64,000 nucleotides of DNA from a virus (IMGVR_UViG_3300029923_000009); one strand, 5' to 3'; counted from the stretch's first letter, positions 27,470 through 37,326 are shown. The notes: generated by a model not told the origin, from the sequence alone. Numbers and translations are program-made.

Positions 27470-27508
27470 AATAATAGCTCATAAGATTTATTTTTATGAG
27501 CTATTATT
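27470..27508. terminator. Bidirectional terminator
   Basis: Perfect 15-bp stem AATAATAGCTCATAA / TTATGAGCTATTATT between convergent genes. Confidence 0.85.
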
Positions 27509-27529
27509 AGTTTTATTAGTAATCATTAA

Positions 27530-27823
27530 TTATAGAAATGTTCCACTCACATGATACACTGGCCCATAATTAGGGTTATTTTTTAATTTTATTATATATT
27601 CTTCAAGCGCTTTTTTCCAGAAAACTCTAGTATACATTCTACCATTTCCAAAAGTTATATATTCACTATCTTTTTTATTAATAATATCTTCAAATGTAAT
27701 TAACAACCCATCTTCCAATTCGGTTTTAATAATTTGCTTTCCTTCTGGTACATTAATTTCAAATAATTCACTTGTGGATTTCGATTTTGTGGTTGTATAA
27801 ATATAATTTGGGTTTAAACTCAT
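27530..27823 (-). CDS. Hypothetical protein
   Basis: 97-aa ORF. Confidence 0.65.
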   Translation of the reverse strand: MSLNPNYIYTTTKSKSTSELFEINVPEGKQIIKTELEDGLLITFEDIINKKDSEYITFGNGRMYTRVFWKKALEEYIIKLKNNPNYGPVYHVSGTFL

Positions 27824-27835
27824 TTTACTATATAT

Positions 27836-28153
27836 TTATTTGTTTGGTACTATCTTATGTAATGTATTTAATGTGTTATCAAGTGTTCTATTCGCTGATT
27901 CAATAATAAATAATAAATCATTTAATCTATTTATGACATAATAATCATCAATTTTATCATGTATTGTTATTTCACTCTCATCCATTGGGGCAATTAGGCC
28001 GACAATGCCTTCTATGTCTGTGGATAGACTACAATTTTTATTTACAGCCGTTGATAGTTTACAAATGAAATCCCCCAATAAGGTATTATCCGCAAGTTCT
28101 AAATTAGGCTCATTTTTTGTACGTACTTTTTGTCTATCAAAATCTTTTTCCAT
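27836..28153 (-). CDS. Hypothetical protein
   Basis: 105-aa ORF. Confidence 0.65.
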   Translation of the reverse strand: MEKDFDRQKVRTKNEPNLELADNTLLGDFICKLSTAVNKNCSLSTDIEGIVGLIAPMDESEITIHDKIDDYYVINRLNDLLFIIESANRTLDNTLNTLHKIVPNK

Positions 28154-28172
28154 ATTTGTATTTATTTATTAT

Positions 28173-28577
28173 TTAATTGTTTAATTCAATAGCTTCATCG
28201 TAAAATAACCTATCATCATCCAACGACACATTTGTTAATTCGAATACTTGTTTTTTTGTTAAAAGAATAATATCACCTAACACATCAGTTGGTATTAAAT
28301 TTGAAAAGATAATACTACTGTAGTCAATTGGGTCCCAGAGGTAATCACCAATAATATAACTATCTTCAGCTTCCTCTATCGATAATGGCGAAATTAATTC
28401 ACTCTCATCTTCAATGATGGCTGGTAAATTCGTGTGTGTAATATAAATTGGATTATTATCATTTTCATCTTTTTTGAAAATAACCGAATTAAAAATTGTA
28501 ACCTCCAATGGGTTGATAACTAAATTTTTAATAATCCCAAATCGTTCTGAGCCAAAAATCTTTTCTAAATCTTTCAT
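28173..28577 (-). CDS. Hypothetical protein
   Basis: 134-aa ORF. Confidence 0.65.
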   Translation of the reverse strand: MKDLEKIFGSERFGIIKNLVINPLEVTIFNSVIFKKDENDNNPIYITHTNLPAIIEDESELISPLSIEEAEDSYIIGDYLWDPIDYSSIIFSNLIPTDVLGDIILLTKKQVFELTNVSLDDDRLFYDEAIELNN

Positions 28578-28610
28578 TTGTAATTTTTTTAATTATTTAT
28601 TTGTTCGGAA

Positions 28611-28880
28611 CTATTTTTTTATTATGTTTAATAAATTTTCTTCAATTAATTTGATTTCATCGTTTACTCTATTAAATTCATCTTCTGAAACTATAAATTT
28701 AGGATAAACACACTCTATACGGGATTCACCATAAATTGGTATGATGTGTTGAATGATATTACCACCCAATTTCGTATATTTTAAAACGGAGCCCATATAT
28801 TCTGGAATATCAAAAGCATCAAGCATACTGATATCAACATAAATGACTAATATAACTGTCTCTTTATTGAATGTTTTCAT
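28611..28880 (-). CDS. Hypothetical protein
   Basis: 89-aa ORF. Confidence 0.65.
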   Translation of the reverse strand: MKTFNKETVILVIYVDISMLDAFDIPEYMGSVLKYTKLGGNIIQHIIPIYGESRIECVYPKFIVSEDEFNRVNDEIKLIEENLLNIIKK

Positions 28881-29272
28881 TATAAAATTTTTGATGATGA
28901 AAATGTTAGGTTTTTATTTTCTTTTGAAATTAACACATCTGTTAATTCGAAAATATATTCATTTGAAACCATTAATAATCTTTCAAAATTTTCATTGGTA
29001 GCTATTGGGCTGAATATTTTGATAGGGTTATAATAACCTAAACCTGTTGGAAAATAACCAATTGTCTCATCTGTTATTTGTTTTGTTTCAATGTCCAGCT
29101 CAAAGGATGGGAATGAATCGTGATTAACAAAATATACTGTATCAGATTCTTTATTATCAAGGGATAATAGGACGGAATTATAATTTTCTGTTTTAATATT
29201 TAATAAATTTTGAATACCTTTATTCAATCTATTATATTGCTCTAAACCAATGACTTCTTCTAATTTTTCCAT
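28880..29272 (-). CDS. Hypothetical protein, first gene after promoter
   Basis: 130-aa ORF. Confidence 0.65.
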   Translation of the reverse strand: MEKLEEVIGLEQYNRLNKGIQNLLNIKTENYNSVLLSLDNKESDTVYFVNHDSFPSFELDIETKQITDETIGYFPTGLGYYNPIKIFSPIATNENFERLLMVSNEYIFELTDVLISKENKNLTFSSSKIL

Positions 29273-29300
29273 AGTTATAAATAATTTTAATCTTTCAAAA

Positions 29301-29332
29301 CAAATATACGAATAATATTTATAAAAAACAAG
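29301..29332 (-). promoter_or_regulatory. Bacteroidota-type promoter
   Basis: CTTG-N20-TATATTTG on minus strand. Confidence 0.85.
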
Positions 29333-29438
29333 TTTTACTTGTGTTAAATTATATTAAATAAAAAATAAATGAAAATAATTTTTTAAAAACTGGTCAAAAA
29401 CTAAAATTGTATATATTTATAATAAACAATAAAAACAA

Positions 29439-29579
29439 ATGAATAAAGAAAAAACAATTTTAGTTAGAATTGATGAAGAGCTATATCTTTCAATCCGTAA
29501 ATGGTGTAAGGAAAATGGCGTTAATCTAAGCCAAAATATTAGAAATTATTTGGTTAAAGAAATAGAAAAAAGTAAATAG
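29439..29579 (+). CDS. Unannotated 46-aa ribbon-helix-helix-like protein
   Basis: MNKEKTILVRIDEELYLSIRKWCKENGVNLSQNIRNYLVKEIEKSK; TATTTATA at 29414. Confidence 0.75.
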   Translation: MNKEKTILVRIDEELYLSIRKWCKENGVNLSQNIRNYLVKEIEKSK

Positions 29580-29588
29580 GTTTAAAGG

Positions 29589-30692
29589 ATGGGAAAAGCT
29601 TCAAATATAAGTGATTTTATTATAAAAGCAAAACTTAAACACGGAAATAAATATGATTATTCTTTAGTTGAATATTTAAATTGCGATACGCCAGTAAAAA
29701 TAATTTGCCCAAAACATGGAATATTTGAGCAAAAGCCTTACTTACATATTAACAAGGGTTCTGGATGTCCAAGATGCTTGGGATATTATAGAACGACAGA
29801 AGAGTTTATAGAAATATCTAATATTAAGCATAATTATAAATATGATTATTCTCCAACAATTTATATTGATTCTGAGACTAAACTTAACATTTGTTGTCCT
29901 ATAATTAGTCATGGTATTTTTTCACAGAGACCACTTGACCATCTTTCTGGTAAGGGATGTCCAGTTTGTGGGGGAAATATTAGAAAAACGACAGAACAAT
30001 TCATTTTTGAATCAAATATTAAGCATAATTTTAAATACGATTATTCTTTAACCAATTATAAGAATAACAAAGAAAAAGTTAATATTATTTGTCCAGAACA
30101 CGGTATGTTTAGTCAGACTCCAAGTAATCATTTAAAATATGGCTGTATTGAATGTGCTGGAACTAATAACTATACAACTGAAGAGTTTATTGAAAAAGCA
30201 AATTTGAAACATAATTATAGATATGATTACACCTTAGTTAATTACACAAATGCAAAGATAAAAATACCAATTATTTGCCCAAATGAAAGTCATGGTATGT
30301 TTATGCAAACACCACATGGACATCTTTCTGGTAAGGGGTGTCCAAAATGTAAGTTTTCGAGAAACGCAATAGAAATTAAAAATTTGCTTGATAAAGAAAA
30401 TATTGAATATATTTTAGAGTATAGATTTAGCGATTGTCGAAATATTAATCCGTTACCATTTGATTTTTATATACCATCGTTAAATACTTGTATTGAATAT
30501 AATGGAGAACAACATTATATACCAGTATTAATATTTAATGGTAGTAAAGGATTTGAATCTCAACAAATAAGAGATAAAATAAAAATTAATTACTGTAAGG
30601 ATAACAAAATACCTTTACTTATCATTAAATTTGATGAAAATATAGAAGAAAAGTTGTTTGAATTTGGTATAATAAAAAAGGAGAGTGTTTAG
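29589..30692 (+). CDS. Free-standing homing-endonuclease-like protein: four DUF723-like Zn repeats plus PD-(D/E)xK (Vsr/DUF559-like) domain
   Basis: Four KYDYS..ICP.HG.F.Q.P..H...GCxxC units; LPFDFYIP...CIEYNGEQHY...RDKIK. Confidence 0.8.
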   Translation: MGKASNISDFIIKAKLKHGNKYDYSLVEYLNCDTPVKIICPKHGIFEQKPYLHINKGSGCPRCLGYYRTTEEFIEISNIKHNYKYDYSPTIYIDSETKLNICCPIISHGIFSQRPLDHLSGKGCPVCGGNIRKTTEQFIFESNIKHNFKYDYSLTNYKNNKEKVNIICPEHGMFSQTPSNHLKYGCIECAGTNNYTTEEFIEKANLKHNYRYDYTLVNYTNAKIKIPIICPNESHGMFMQTPHGHLSGKGCPKCKFSRNAIEIKNLLDKENIEYILEYRFSDCRNINPLPFDFYIPSLNTCIEYNGEQHYIPVLIFNGSKGFESQQIRDKIKINYCKDNKIPLLIIKFDENIEEKLFEFGIIKKESV

Positions 30693-30705
30693 TTCTCCTT
30701 TTTTT
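30674..30705. terminator. Bidirectional terminator
   Basis: AAAAGGAGA / TCTCCTTTT stem between convergent genes. Confidence 0.75.
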
Positions 30706-30713
30706 ATTTTAAA

Positions 30714-32279
30714 TTATTTTAATATTGTATATTCAGAATTTGGTCCCAAATAAAAAATATGTTGAAATTTTCCATCGTTATGTAAAATAATATCACTATG
30801 AACCCAAGCGCTTGCTGAGTGGTTATATCCTAATCGTTTATCACAATTACACCCCACCTGGGCACTACCATCATATCTAAGTGCATTATGTCCATGTGCT
30901 GTAATAACCTTTATATTTAGCGATTTAAATTGTTTGGCGTTGCCTCGTGAACCTCCAATCCCATCAGATCCATGACAAGCAAGTTCCACTCCTTTAACAA
31001 TATAACTATCATCTCTACCAAAACATTTAATTTCTGGAAATCTTTTTTCGATAATATAAGCTAACAGTCCTTTTGGTGCTTTATCTTCTAATAAGACTTT
31101 TGCATATTCTAAATATTGTAGTGTGTTCATACCAGCTTTTTTAATATCACTATCAATAATAAATGATTCTAAAAAACGATCATGATTTGAGTTTACAATT
31201 CGAATATTTAAATGTTTGATTTTTTCTAAAAACTGCATTGCACCTTCAATTTCTTTTTCGACTGATCCTAATCCATCTTCCTGATTTCTAAAAACTTTAA
31301 CGAAATTATTGGCTTCATGATGGTTAATTGATCTAAAATCTATTAAATCATGTAAAAATATTTCATTTGGGTTTAATTTTGGTACTAAATCTTCAAATCC
31401 CATTCTGTGAACATTTTTATCTACAAATGGATAATGCGTATCCCCTTTTATTAATGCTGGCACACTTTTATTTCTTGAAATATTTTCATTATCTACGTGA
31501 TACCATAAATCATTGAATGAACCATTATCTTTTCCAGTTATTTGTCTCGCATAAAATTCTTTACCATCTTTTTCAATTAATAATGCACCATACGTTGAAT
31601 GGAATTCTGAAATTTTTCCAATTTTTGTTTTTGTGAAATTAGGTTTTGATAAAGTACCTGTTGTGAACATTAACTTTGGCCTATCACCAAATACTGGCAA
31701 ACTTTTCATATGTATCCTTGGGCTTGCAACACAACACGAGTGTTCTCCTGTCATACTTTCCAAATTGGTTAATGGCATAATTGCTGTTGGTGAAATAACA
31801 ACATCTGAAAGTATTGAGAAATTTTCATTTATATTGTGCCTATTTAATGTTAAGTAGTCTTCAACTTCTTTTGGCCACCACATATCACCATCTTCTTTAA
31901 TCACCAATGGGTTTGTTGGGTTATGATATGTGTATGGAATTACAAGTATCTGCGCATCTAAATATTCAGCGTATGTTTTTAAATTATTCCAAAAACTTAA
32001 ATTAATCTTACTGGCATTTTGTACGGCTGTAATTAAAAAGAATTTTTTATCGCTATTTAATTCCTTCGTTTTGGCTACTTCTAATTGTTCTGTTGAAACA
32101 GTTCCTTCCACTCTTTCTTTCAAACCAAGTTTTTCACTACACCACCTACGTAATTGTCTTTCTGAAATTGAAAATTTATTACAAAGATCAACCATTCTAT
32201 CGTCCCAACTAAGATCTTTATTCTTATAAACACTTGCAATATATTCCTTATCCTCTTCTGTTAATTTCTTAAATTTCAT
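30714..32279 (-). CDS. T5 A1-like protein (N-terminal HTH plus metallophosphoesterase-like nuclease)
   Basis: HTH FSISERQLRRW; ITAVQN, KGDTH, HDLID, NSNHD, HGSDGIGGSRG, TAHGH, LGYN motifs. Confidence 0.65.
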   Translation of the reverse strand: MKFKKLTEEDKEYIASVYKNKDLSWDDRMVDLCNKFSISERQLRRWCSEKLGLKERVEGTVSTEQLEVAKTKELNSDKKFFLITAVQNASKINLSFWNNLKTYAEYLDAQILVIPYTYHNPTNPLVIKEDGDMWWPKEVEDYLTLNRHNINENFSILSDVVISPTAIMPLTNLESMTGEHSCCVASPRIHMKSLPVFGDRPKLMFTTGTLSKPNFTKTKIGKISEFHSTYGALLIEKDGKEFYARQITGKDNGSFNDLWYHVDNENISRNKSVPALIKGDTHYPFVDKNVHRMGFEDLVPKLNPNEIFLHDLIDFRSINHHEANNFVKVFRNQEDGLGSVEKEIEGAMQFLEKIKHLNIRIVNSNHDRFLESFIIDSDIKKAGMNTLQYLEYAKVLLEDKAPKGLLAYIIEKRFPEIKCFGRDDSYIVKGVELACHGSDGIGGSRGNAKQFKSLNIKVITAHGHNALRYDGSAQVGCNCDKRLGYNHSASAWVHSDIILHNDGKFQHIFYLGPNSEYTILK

Positions 32280-32302
32280 TCTTAATTTTGTTTTTAACTT
32301 CT

Positions 32303-32677
32303 TTATTTTAGTTTTAATAAATTACCCATTACATGGTTATTAATTGATGTAGCCATTTCCCAACCTAATCTATCTTCCATAAACTTAAATTCTGGCATAT
32401 TATCCATTTGTTCTGTTGTGATCGGAAACTCATCTTCTATTATTTCTCGTTGTATATTAACCATCCCAGCTTGACATATTGTATACATTTCATATAGTTC
32501 AGCCTCAGTTGCTTCAATTAGCTGACTAAAATACCACTCCCAATGATCACCAATCCCACCAACATAAGTACCATATTTTTTAATTAATGGGTGTTCGAAA
32601 GCTCCATAATGTGGTTCAGTACCTTTAACTAGCGATAATAACCCTTTTTTATCTAAATATACGATCATAATTCGCAA
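32303..32677 (-). CDS. Hypothetical protein
   Basis: 124-aa ORF; true start uncertain. Confidence 0.6.
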   Translation of the reverse strand: MRIMIVYLDKKGLLSLVKGTEPHYGAFEHPLIKKYGTYVGGIGDHWEWYFSQLIEATEAELYEMYTICQAGMVNIQREIIEDEFPITTEQMDNMPEFKFMEDRLGWEMATSINNHVMGNLLKLK

Positions 32678-33051
32678 ATGTCTTCAGTTCTGTTTAGTAA
32701 CTCTTTTTTCTCAATATCAATCTCATCAATTCTATTTCTAATATCAATTAATAATTTTGTCTTTAATTCTGTAATCGTAGGTGCAAAGACTGGAAACCCA
32801 TTATCTATAACATTTCCGTCATTTGAAAATATATAATCTAAATTATCACAAATTCTATAGGAATATATTTCAACCTCATTAAATATTAATTCTTCAATAT
32901 TAAATTTTTGTTCATCAAAACAGTACCATTTATTACTTTTTAATAATTTTATATGTGTTGGTGAACGATTGGTAGCAAATAATTCTATATTTTCTGATAG
33001 CCATTCTTTATCTAATAATTTAGATACATCCTCTAATTCTATTGTTTTCAT
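32665..33051 (-). CDS. Hypothetical protein
   Basis: 128-aa ORF. Confidence 0.65.
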   Translation of the reverse strand: MKTIELEDVSKLLDKEWLSENIELFATNRSPTHIKLLKSNKWYCFDEQKFNIEELIFNEVEIYSYRICDNLDYIFSNDGNVIDNGFPVFAPTITELKTKLLIDIRNRIDEIDIEKKELLNRTEDICEL

Positions 33052-33058
33052 TTTTTAT

Positions 33059-33469
33059 TTAATTTATTGATTGGTATTTATTAAATAATTCACTTAAAGT
33101 TACTCTGTTTTGTTGGGCTAAGTCTACTGTTAGAGCACAAATATTCCTTTCAGATGATAGGTCCAATTCGGTGTTTATATATTCAATTAAATTACTATAT
33201 TTATTAATAATATTAGCTCCTTTCCAAGCATAAATCCAGTGCCCATTAATAGAAAATCGTTTATTGACTGATCCTATATTTGACCCTTCGCTATATCTCC
33301 ACCAGCCCCAATTGCCTTCCCAGATTTGATCATCTAACGCTTCTAACTTATTATATTCGATATCTTCTAATTCCCATACTTGGTAATAACCACCATTGTG
33401 AGTTTTGCTGGCTTCAATTCCCAGTATTTTAAATGTTAAGTCTAAATTTCCACCTATTATTTCTTTCAT
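33059..33469 (-). CDS. Hypothetical protein
   Basis: 136-aa ORF. Confidence 0.7.
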   Translation of the reverse strand: MKEIIGGNLDLTFKILGIEASKTHNGGYYQVWELEDIEYNKLEALDDQIWEGNWGWWRYSEGSNIGSVNKRFSINGHWIYAWKGANIINKYSNLIEYINTELDLSSERNICALTVDLAQQNRVTLSELFNKYQSIN

Positions 33470-33810
33470 TACGACATACCCTCCCCATTTAAATATCTTG
33501 AAGCAATATAATCAGAATCAAAACAATTCAAACCATCGGGAGGGATTGGTAACGTATATTCTTCATTATCCACATCCAATTTCCACTGACCATCACTTCC
33601 AAACGGAATATACCAGTTGTTATGTACCCAATCTAAAAAATCTGATAACTCTTCTTTTTTATTAATACTGATAGACAACTCTCCAGCCCATTCAAATTTA
33701 CCTTTATATTTATCATAATCTAAAATACCTAAATCACCACCACTTGCAATAAACGTTGTATTCAAATGTGTGTTTAAAATAATTGTTTTTCCTGGTTTTA
33801 TTTCTTCCAT
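33469..33810 (-). CDS. Hypothetical protein
   Basis: 113-aa ORF. Confidence 0.65.
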   Translation of the reverse strand: MEEIKPGKTIILNTHLNTTFIASGGDLGILDYDKYKGKFEWAGELSISINKKEELSDFLDWVHNNWYIPFGSDGQWKLDVDNEEYTLPIPPDGLNCFDSDYIASRYLNGEGMS

Positions 33811-33812
33811 TT

Positions 33813-34130
33813 TTATAAATTATTAAAATATTCTTCTAAATCTCCCATTAATTGACCTATTCCGCTCAAAAGTGAGTATTTATCAATAAAATCAATTTCA
33901 TTTATATCACCCGCTAATTCTGATATTGCTGTATCACCCAAAAATTCAGGATATAAATAAAAAAAGTAGCCAGCTGATTTACTTATTTTTTTAACCCATT
34001 TTTCTGGATAACTTTCTTTTTCTTGTCTGTTAACACAACCATTATCCAATTGTATTAAAACCATTAATTCTTTTGCTATTTCAATATCACCATCGTCTGA
34101 TAAATATTCTTCAAATGTCACTTTTTTCAT
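33813..34130 (-). CDS. Hypothetical protein
   Basis: 105-aa ORF. Confidence 0.65.
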   Translation of the reverse strand: MKKVTFEEYLSDDGDIEIAKELMVLIQLDNGCVNRQEKESYPEKWVKKISKSAGYFFYLYPEFLGDTAISELAGDINEIDFIDKYSLLSGIGQLMGDLEEYFNNL

Positions 34131-34138
34131 ATTATTAT

Positions 34139-34363
34139 TTATTTACAAAGTTTATTAATAAAATATTCTGCTGAATTGTTTGCTATTATGAATTTATCTT
34201 TATCATCTAACACTTCTTTATCAGTTTTTTCTTTGTACCAACGTTCGTTATCAATATATGCCATTGCAATATTTACAACCCAACCAATTCTATAGCCTTC
34301 GTCGTTTTGAAGTGCTTCACATAATACACTTAATGCGTTTGAAATTTCATTTGATTCTTTCAT
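34139..34363 (-). CDS. Hypothetical protein
   Basis: 74-aa ORF. Confidence 0.65.
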   Translation of the reverse strand: MKESNEISNALSVLCEALQNDEGYRIGWVVNIAMAYIDNERWYKEKTDKEVLDDKDKFIIANNSAEYFINKLCK

Positions 34364-34372
34364 ATATTTTTT

Positions 34373-34750
34373 CTACCATACTTTTCGTTTAATATTTTTT
34401 AGGCTTTCATTTATTTTTAAAAAATTATATTCATAACCACTACATTTATCACGTTCTGTGACAGTATCTAAGGAGAAATGTAGTGGTGTGTGTATTACTT
34501 CTTTATTAAAATTGAAATTAAGTCTTCTTATTTTTTCTATTTCAGATACCATCCAATATGCTTCTGAGTTTATCCCACATACATAGCTTTCGACATTCTT
34601 CATTGAATCAAGTGTATATTTTTCAACGCAACCTGAGACATTTGTAATTGTAACTATGAATTCAACTTTACCAATACACTTACCTAAGATATTTTTTATA
34701 AAATTTTTCATATATTTAATCTTTCCTATCATAATATTCAAATACTTCAT
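34373..34750 (-). CDS. Hypothetical protein
   Basis: 125-aa ORF; start uncertain. Confidence 0.55.
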   Translation of the reverse strand: MKYLNIMIGKIKYMKNFIKNILGKCIGKVEFIVTITNVSGCVEKYTLDSMKNVESYVCGINSEAYWMVSEIEKIRRLNFNFNKEVIHTPLHFSLDTVTERDKCSGYEYNFLKINESLKNIKRKVW

Positions 34751-35393
34751 CTAATTGTTTTTGATCCTTAATATAATATCGATAATTATTTTTGTGCCAG
34801 GTTTTAATACCTGTTTCTTCAAATTCTTTTGAATCGTACCAATCTGATCCTTCAATATAAGGCTCTTCTGTCCAATCATCTGGTAATTGTTCTCGAATGA
34901 CATCAACATAAAATGTTTTTGGAGTGAATGGAAATGATTTTATATTTTGAGAACTATGATATCCGCATACTCTACCTGTAAAAGTATCATCCCATTTTTC
35001 CGATTCTTCATCTCCAGGGTATTGCCCTCGCCAAACAATTGCATCAACATATGATGCCTGACCGTCCTTGCTATGTTTAAGAATACCACCACATCTCATA
35101 TTTTGATATAATTCCTCTGAACCACCAGCAATATCTGATACATCTCCCCATTCCTCATCGAGTCCACTGATTGGGCTAATTGGTTTAAATGATAATAGCT
35201 TTTTAATGGTTGATGCGATTGCTCCAGCTATATAAGGTGCCGATGCACCACTTTTACCACTATTCCCAAACTTTTCACATAAAGCTAATATCTCTGGTAT
35301 AAAATTTTCCACTATTGGACGGTTATCTGGGTCCAAATGTATTTTACTTAAAAGTTCCAATTCTGTTTTTGCGTGTCGTTGTGTATTTGTCAT
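34716..35393 (-). CDS. Hypothetical phage protein
   Basis: 225-aa ORF. Confidence 0.75.
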   Translation of the reverse strand: MTNTQRHAKTELELLSKIHLDPDNRPIVENFIPEILALCEKFGNSGKSGASAPYIAGAIASTIKKLLSFKPISPISGLDEEWGDVSDIAGGSEELYQNMRCGGILKHSKDGQASYVDAIVWRGQYPGDEESEKWDDTFTGRVCGYHSSQNIKSFPFTPKTFYVDVIREQLPDDWTEEPYIEGSDWYDSKEFEETGIKTWHKNNYRYYIKDQKQLDEVFEYYDRKD

Positions 35394-35397
35394 ATTA

Positions 35398-35934
35398 TTA
35401 AATGTTATTTATTTTATTGTTAATCTTATCAATTTCTTCATTTGTCCAAGGCCTATTGTTTACTCCGTCTTCCGATATTGTTAAATAATCACCTTCTGAC
35501 CTAAAAGCAACTTCTATTTTCCAGGGTTCGATTTCTGGTTCACATATCACCCATCCTCTATCGTTTATACCTATTGGTTTGGGCCCATCTTTCATTATTA
35601 TCGAATCATCTGTAATTGGGTTTAATTTAGATATATCAATCGGTTCTCGTTTTAGAATTGTATCTTTAAATAACTCATTTACTTTACAAATAGCATCCCC
35701 ATCATACCATGATATAGTATTTGGTTGGTGTTCGAACCTTTTTGTTAAAAAATAATTATCGGATCTTGTTTCAACGATATATTTTTGATATAACACACTA
35801 TTACCATAATTTCTGATAACATCATTATTACAATAATAAATAATGTCTCTGAAATAATCTTCAGTAACCACTACATTACCTTTACCATCCTTGTAAATTT
35901 TTACATCCATATTTTTTATAATTTTATTCCCCAA
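35398..35934 (-). CDS. Hypothetical protein
   Basis: 178-aa ORF. Confidence 0.7.
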   Translation of the reverse strand: MGNKIIKNMDVKIYKDGKGNVVVTEDYFRDIIYYCNNDVIRNYGNSVLYQKYIVETRSDNYFLTKRFEHQPNTISWYDGDAICKVNELFKDTILKREPIDISKLNPITDDSIIMKDGPKPIGINDRGWVICEPEIEPWKIEVAFRSEGDYLTISEDGVNNRPWTNEEIDKINNKINNI

Positions 35935-36157
35935 AGTCTTCTATTTTCCACCAACTTTCACTAATAATAAAATCAGCATCCCCACTCATCGCTTTACCAG
36001 TTTTAGTATCTACTACTAAGTAAACCCAATTTTCAATAAAGTCTTCGCGTTTTAAATAATCAGTTTGAAATAAATCGAACCCATCGCTAATAATAAGATA
36101 TCTTTTCATAATATATTTATAAGTTTTGGTAATGACTAATACAATTACAAGCCCCAT
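35924..36157 (-). CDS. Hypothetical protein
   Basis: ORF; likely start at MKRYLIISDG. Confidence 0.55.
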   Translation of the reverse strand: MGLVIVLVITKTYKYIMKRYLIISDGFDLFQTDYLKREDFIENWVYLVVDTKTGKAMSGDADFIISESWWKIEDFGE

Positions 36158-36566
36158 TTAATAAATTATCAAATATAACTAAAACACACGGGAAAGGTGC
36201 TGGACTTTTGCTTTCGTTAAAGTTTAATCTACCTTTAATGAAACGAATTTCACTAGCATATTCTAAAACTAAATTATGCCAATATTTTGTATCGCTTCTA
36301 CAAGGTATTAAATAAACACATGTGTTTGCCCTTCCAGCCTTTATTTCATCAATTCCTTTGATGATAAATGGTTCAATATTACTATATGGTGGGTTGATAT
36401 AAATATTACCATTCCATTCAATTGTAAGACCATCAATTTCACTTTTAAGTGGGCACGGATCAAAATCGAAACTAAATTCTTTATTTAATTCTTTTAAAAA
36501 TTTAATTGGTGTAGCATAATCATCACTATTCCTTGTTCCTTGTATTTCCTTCGAAAATCTTATCAT
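36117..36566 (-). CDS. Phage Dam-like N6-adenine DNA methyltransferase
   Basis: DDYATP, FDFDPC, YINPPY, LIPCRSDTKYWH, IRFIKGRL. Confidence 0.88.
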   Translation of the reverse strand: MIRFSKEIQGTRNSDDYATPIKFLKELNKEFSFDFDPCPLKSEIDGLTIEWNGNIYINPPYSNIEPFIIKGIDEIKAGRANTCVYLIPCRSDTKYWHNLVLEYASEIRFIKGRLNFNESKSPAPFPCVLVIFDNLLNGACNCISHYQNL

Positions 36567-36573
36567 TATTTTT

Positions 36574-37224
36574 CTAATCTCTTTTTAATAAATTTAATAT
36601 TTCTTTCCTTGTTCTCTTTTTTTTTCCTACTGGTTCTTCAAAGGTATTCAATTTAGACCTCTCAAAAATTTGTTTATCTACGATTGATTTTGAAACATCC
36701 GAATGCCCTTTACATATACTGGCATTCTTTTTAAATTCAACTACCCTTTCATATTTCCCTTTAATTTGTCGGTAATTATAAACATAAAGGTCTATTTTAT
36801 CGCAATATTTTTTTATCATTCTAATAACCTTGCGCCTATCCCCGTTTCCATCAAACTCCTCACAACCTATCATAGTTGTTGCAACTCTTAATCCTTGGAA
36901 CTCATTATTGGCTGTTTTAAGACAGTTTTCTAATGCATTGTAATCTATATAAACTGGTAATAGATCAGGTCTAAAATTATATCCAGAAGTAATAAAACAT
37001 AATGAAAATAATGGGATGGTATTTTTTGTTGTAACTCTTTTCCCTAATTTATTTTTATCACCATATTTTGTTGATAAATTTAGATCGTAGACATATTTAA
37101 ATTTTTTTCTGACCTTACCTTGAAACCCATTGTTCATTGTACAGTAGGTATTCGTTCCTATAAGGATTACATCATACAATTCAACATCATCGATAAGGTC
37201 TTTATATTTAATGACTTTATACAT
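36574..37224 (-). CDS. Divergent macrodomain-like protein (paralogue of 4998-5525)
   Basis: YKDLID...IGTNTYCTMNNGFQ...GDKNKLG...DYNALENCLK...TMIGC aligns by eye with the first macrodomain; ATG at 37224. Confidence 0.6.
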   Translation of the reverse strand: MYKVIKYKDLIDDVELYDVILIGTNTYCTMNNGFQGKVRKKFKYVYDLNLSTKYGDKNKLGKRVTTKNTIPLFSLCFITSGYNFRPDLLPVYIDYNALENCLKTANNEFQGLRVATTMIGCEEFDGNGDRRKVIRMIKKYCDKIDLYVYNYRQIKGKYERVVEFKKNASICKGHSDVSKSIVDKQIFERSKLNTFEEPVGKKKRTRKEILNLLKRD

Positions 37225-37239
37225 TGCATTTAATTTAAA

Positions 37240-37271
37240 CAAATGTACCAATAAAATATGAGAAAAACAAG
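37240..37271 (-). promoter_or_regulatory. Bacteroidota-type promoter
   Basis: CTTG-N20-TACATTTG on minus strand. Confidence 0.85.
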
Positions 37272-37283
37272 TTTTTATATAAA

Positions 37284-37326
37284 AAAATAACCCAAATCAT
37301 AATATAAATTAGATTTGGGTTATTTT
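37284..37326 (-). terminator. Terminator after SSB-like gene
   Basis: Perfect 15-bp stem AAAATAACCCAAATC / GATTTGGGTTATTTT. Confidence 0.85.

Noticed and set aside
30820-30829. 9-nt match (GGTTATATC) to the predicted TnpB guide
   Set aside because: Too short, misses the first guide bases and has no TTTAA TAM; not a self-target.
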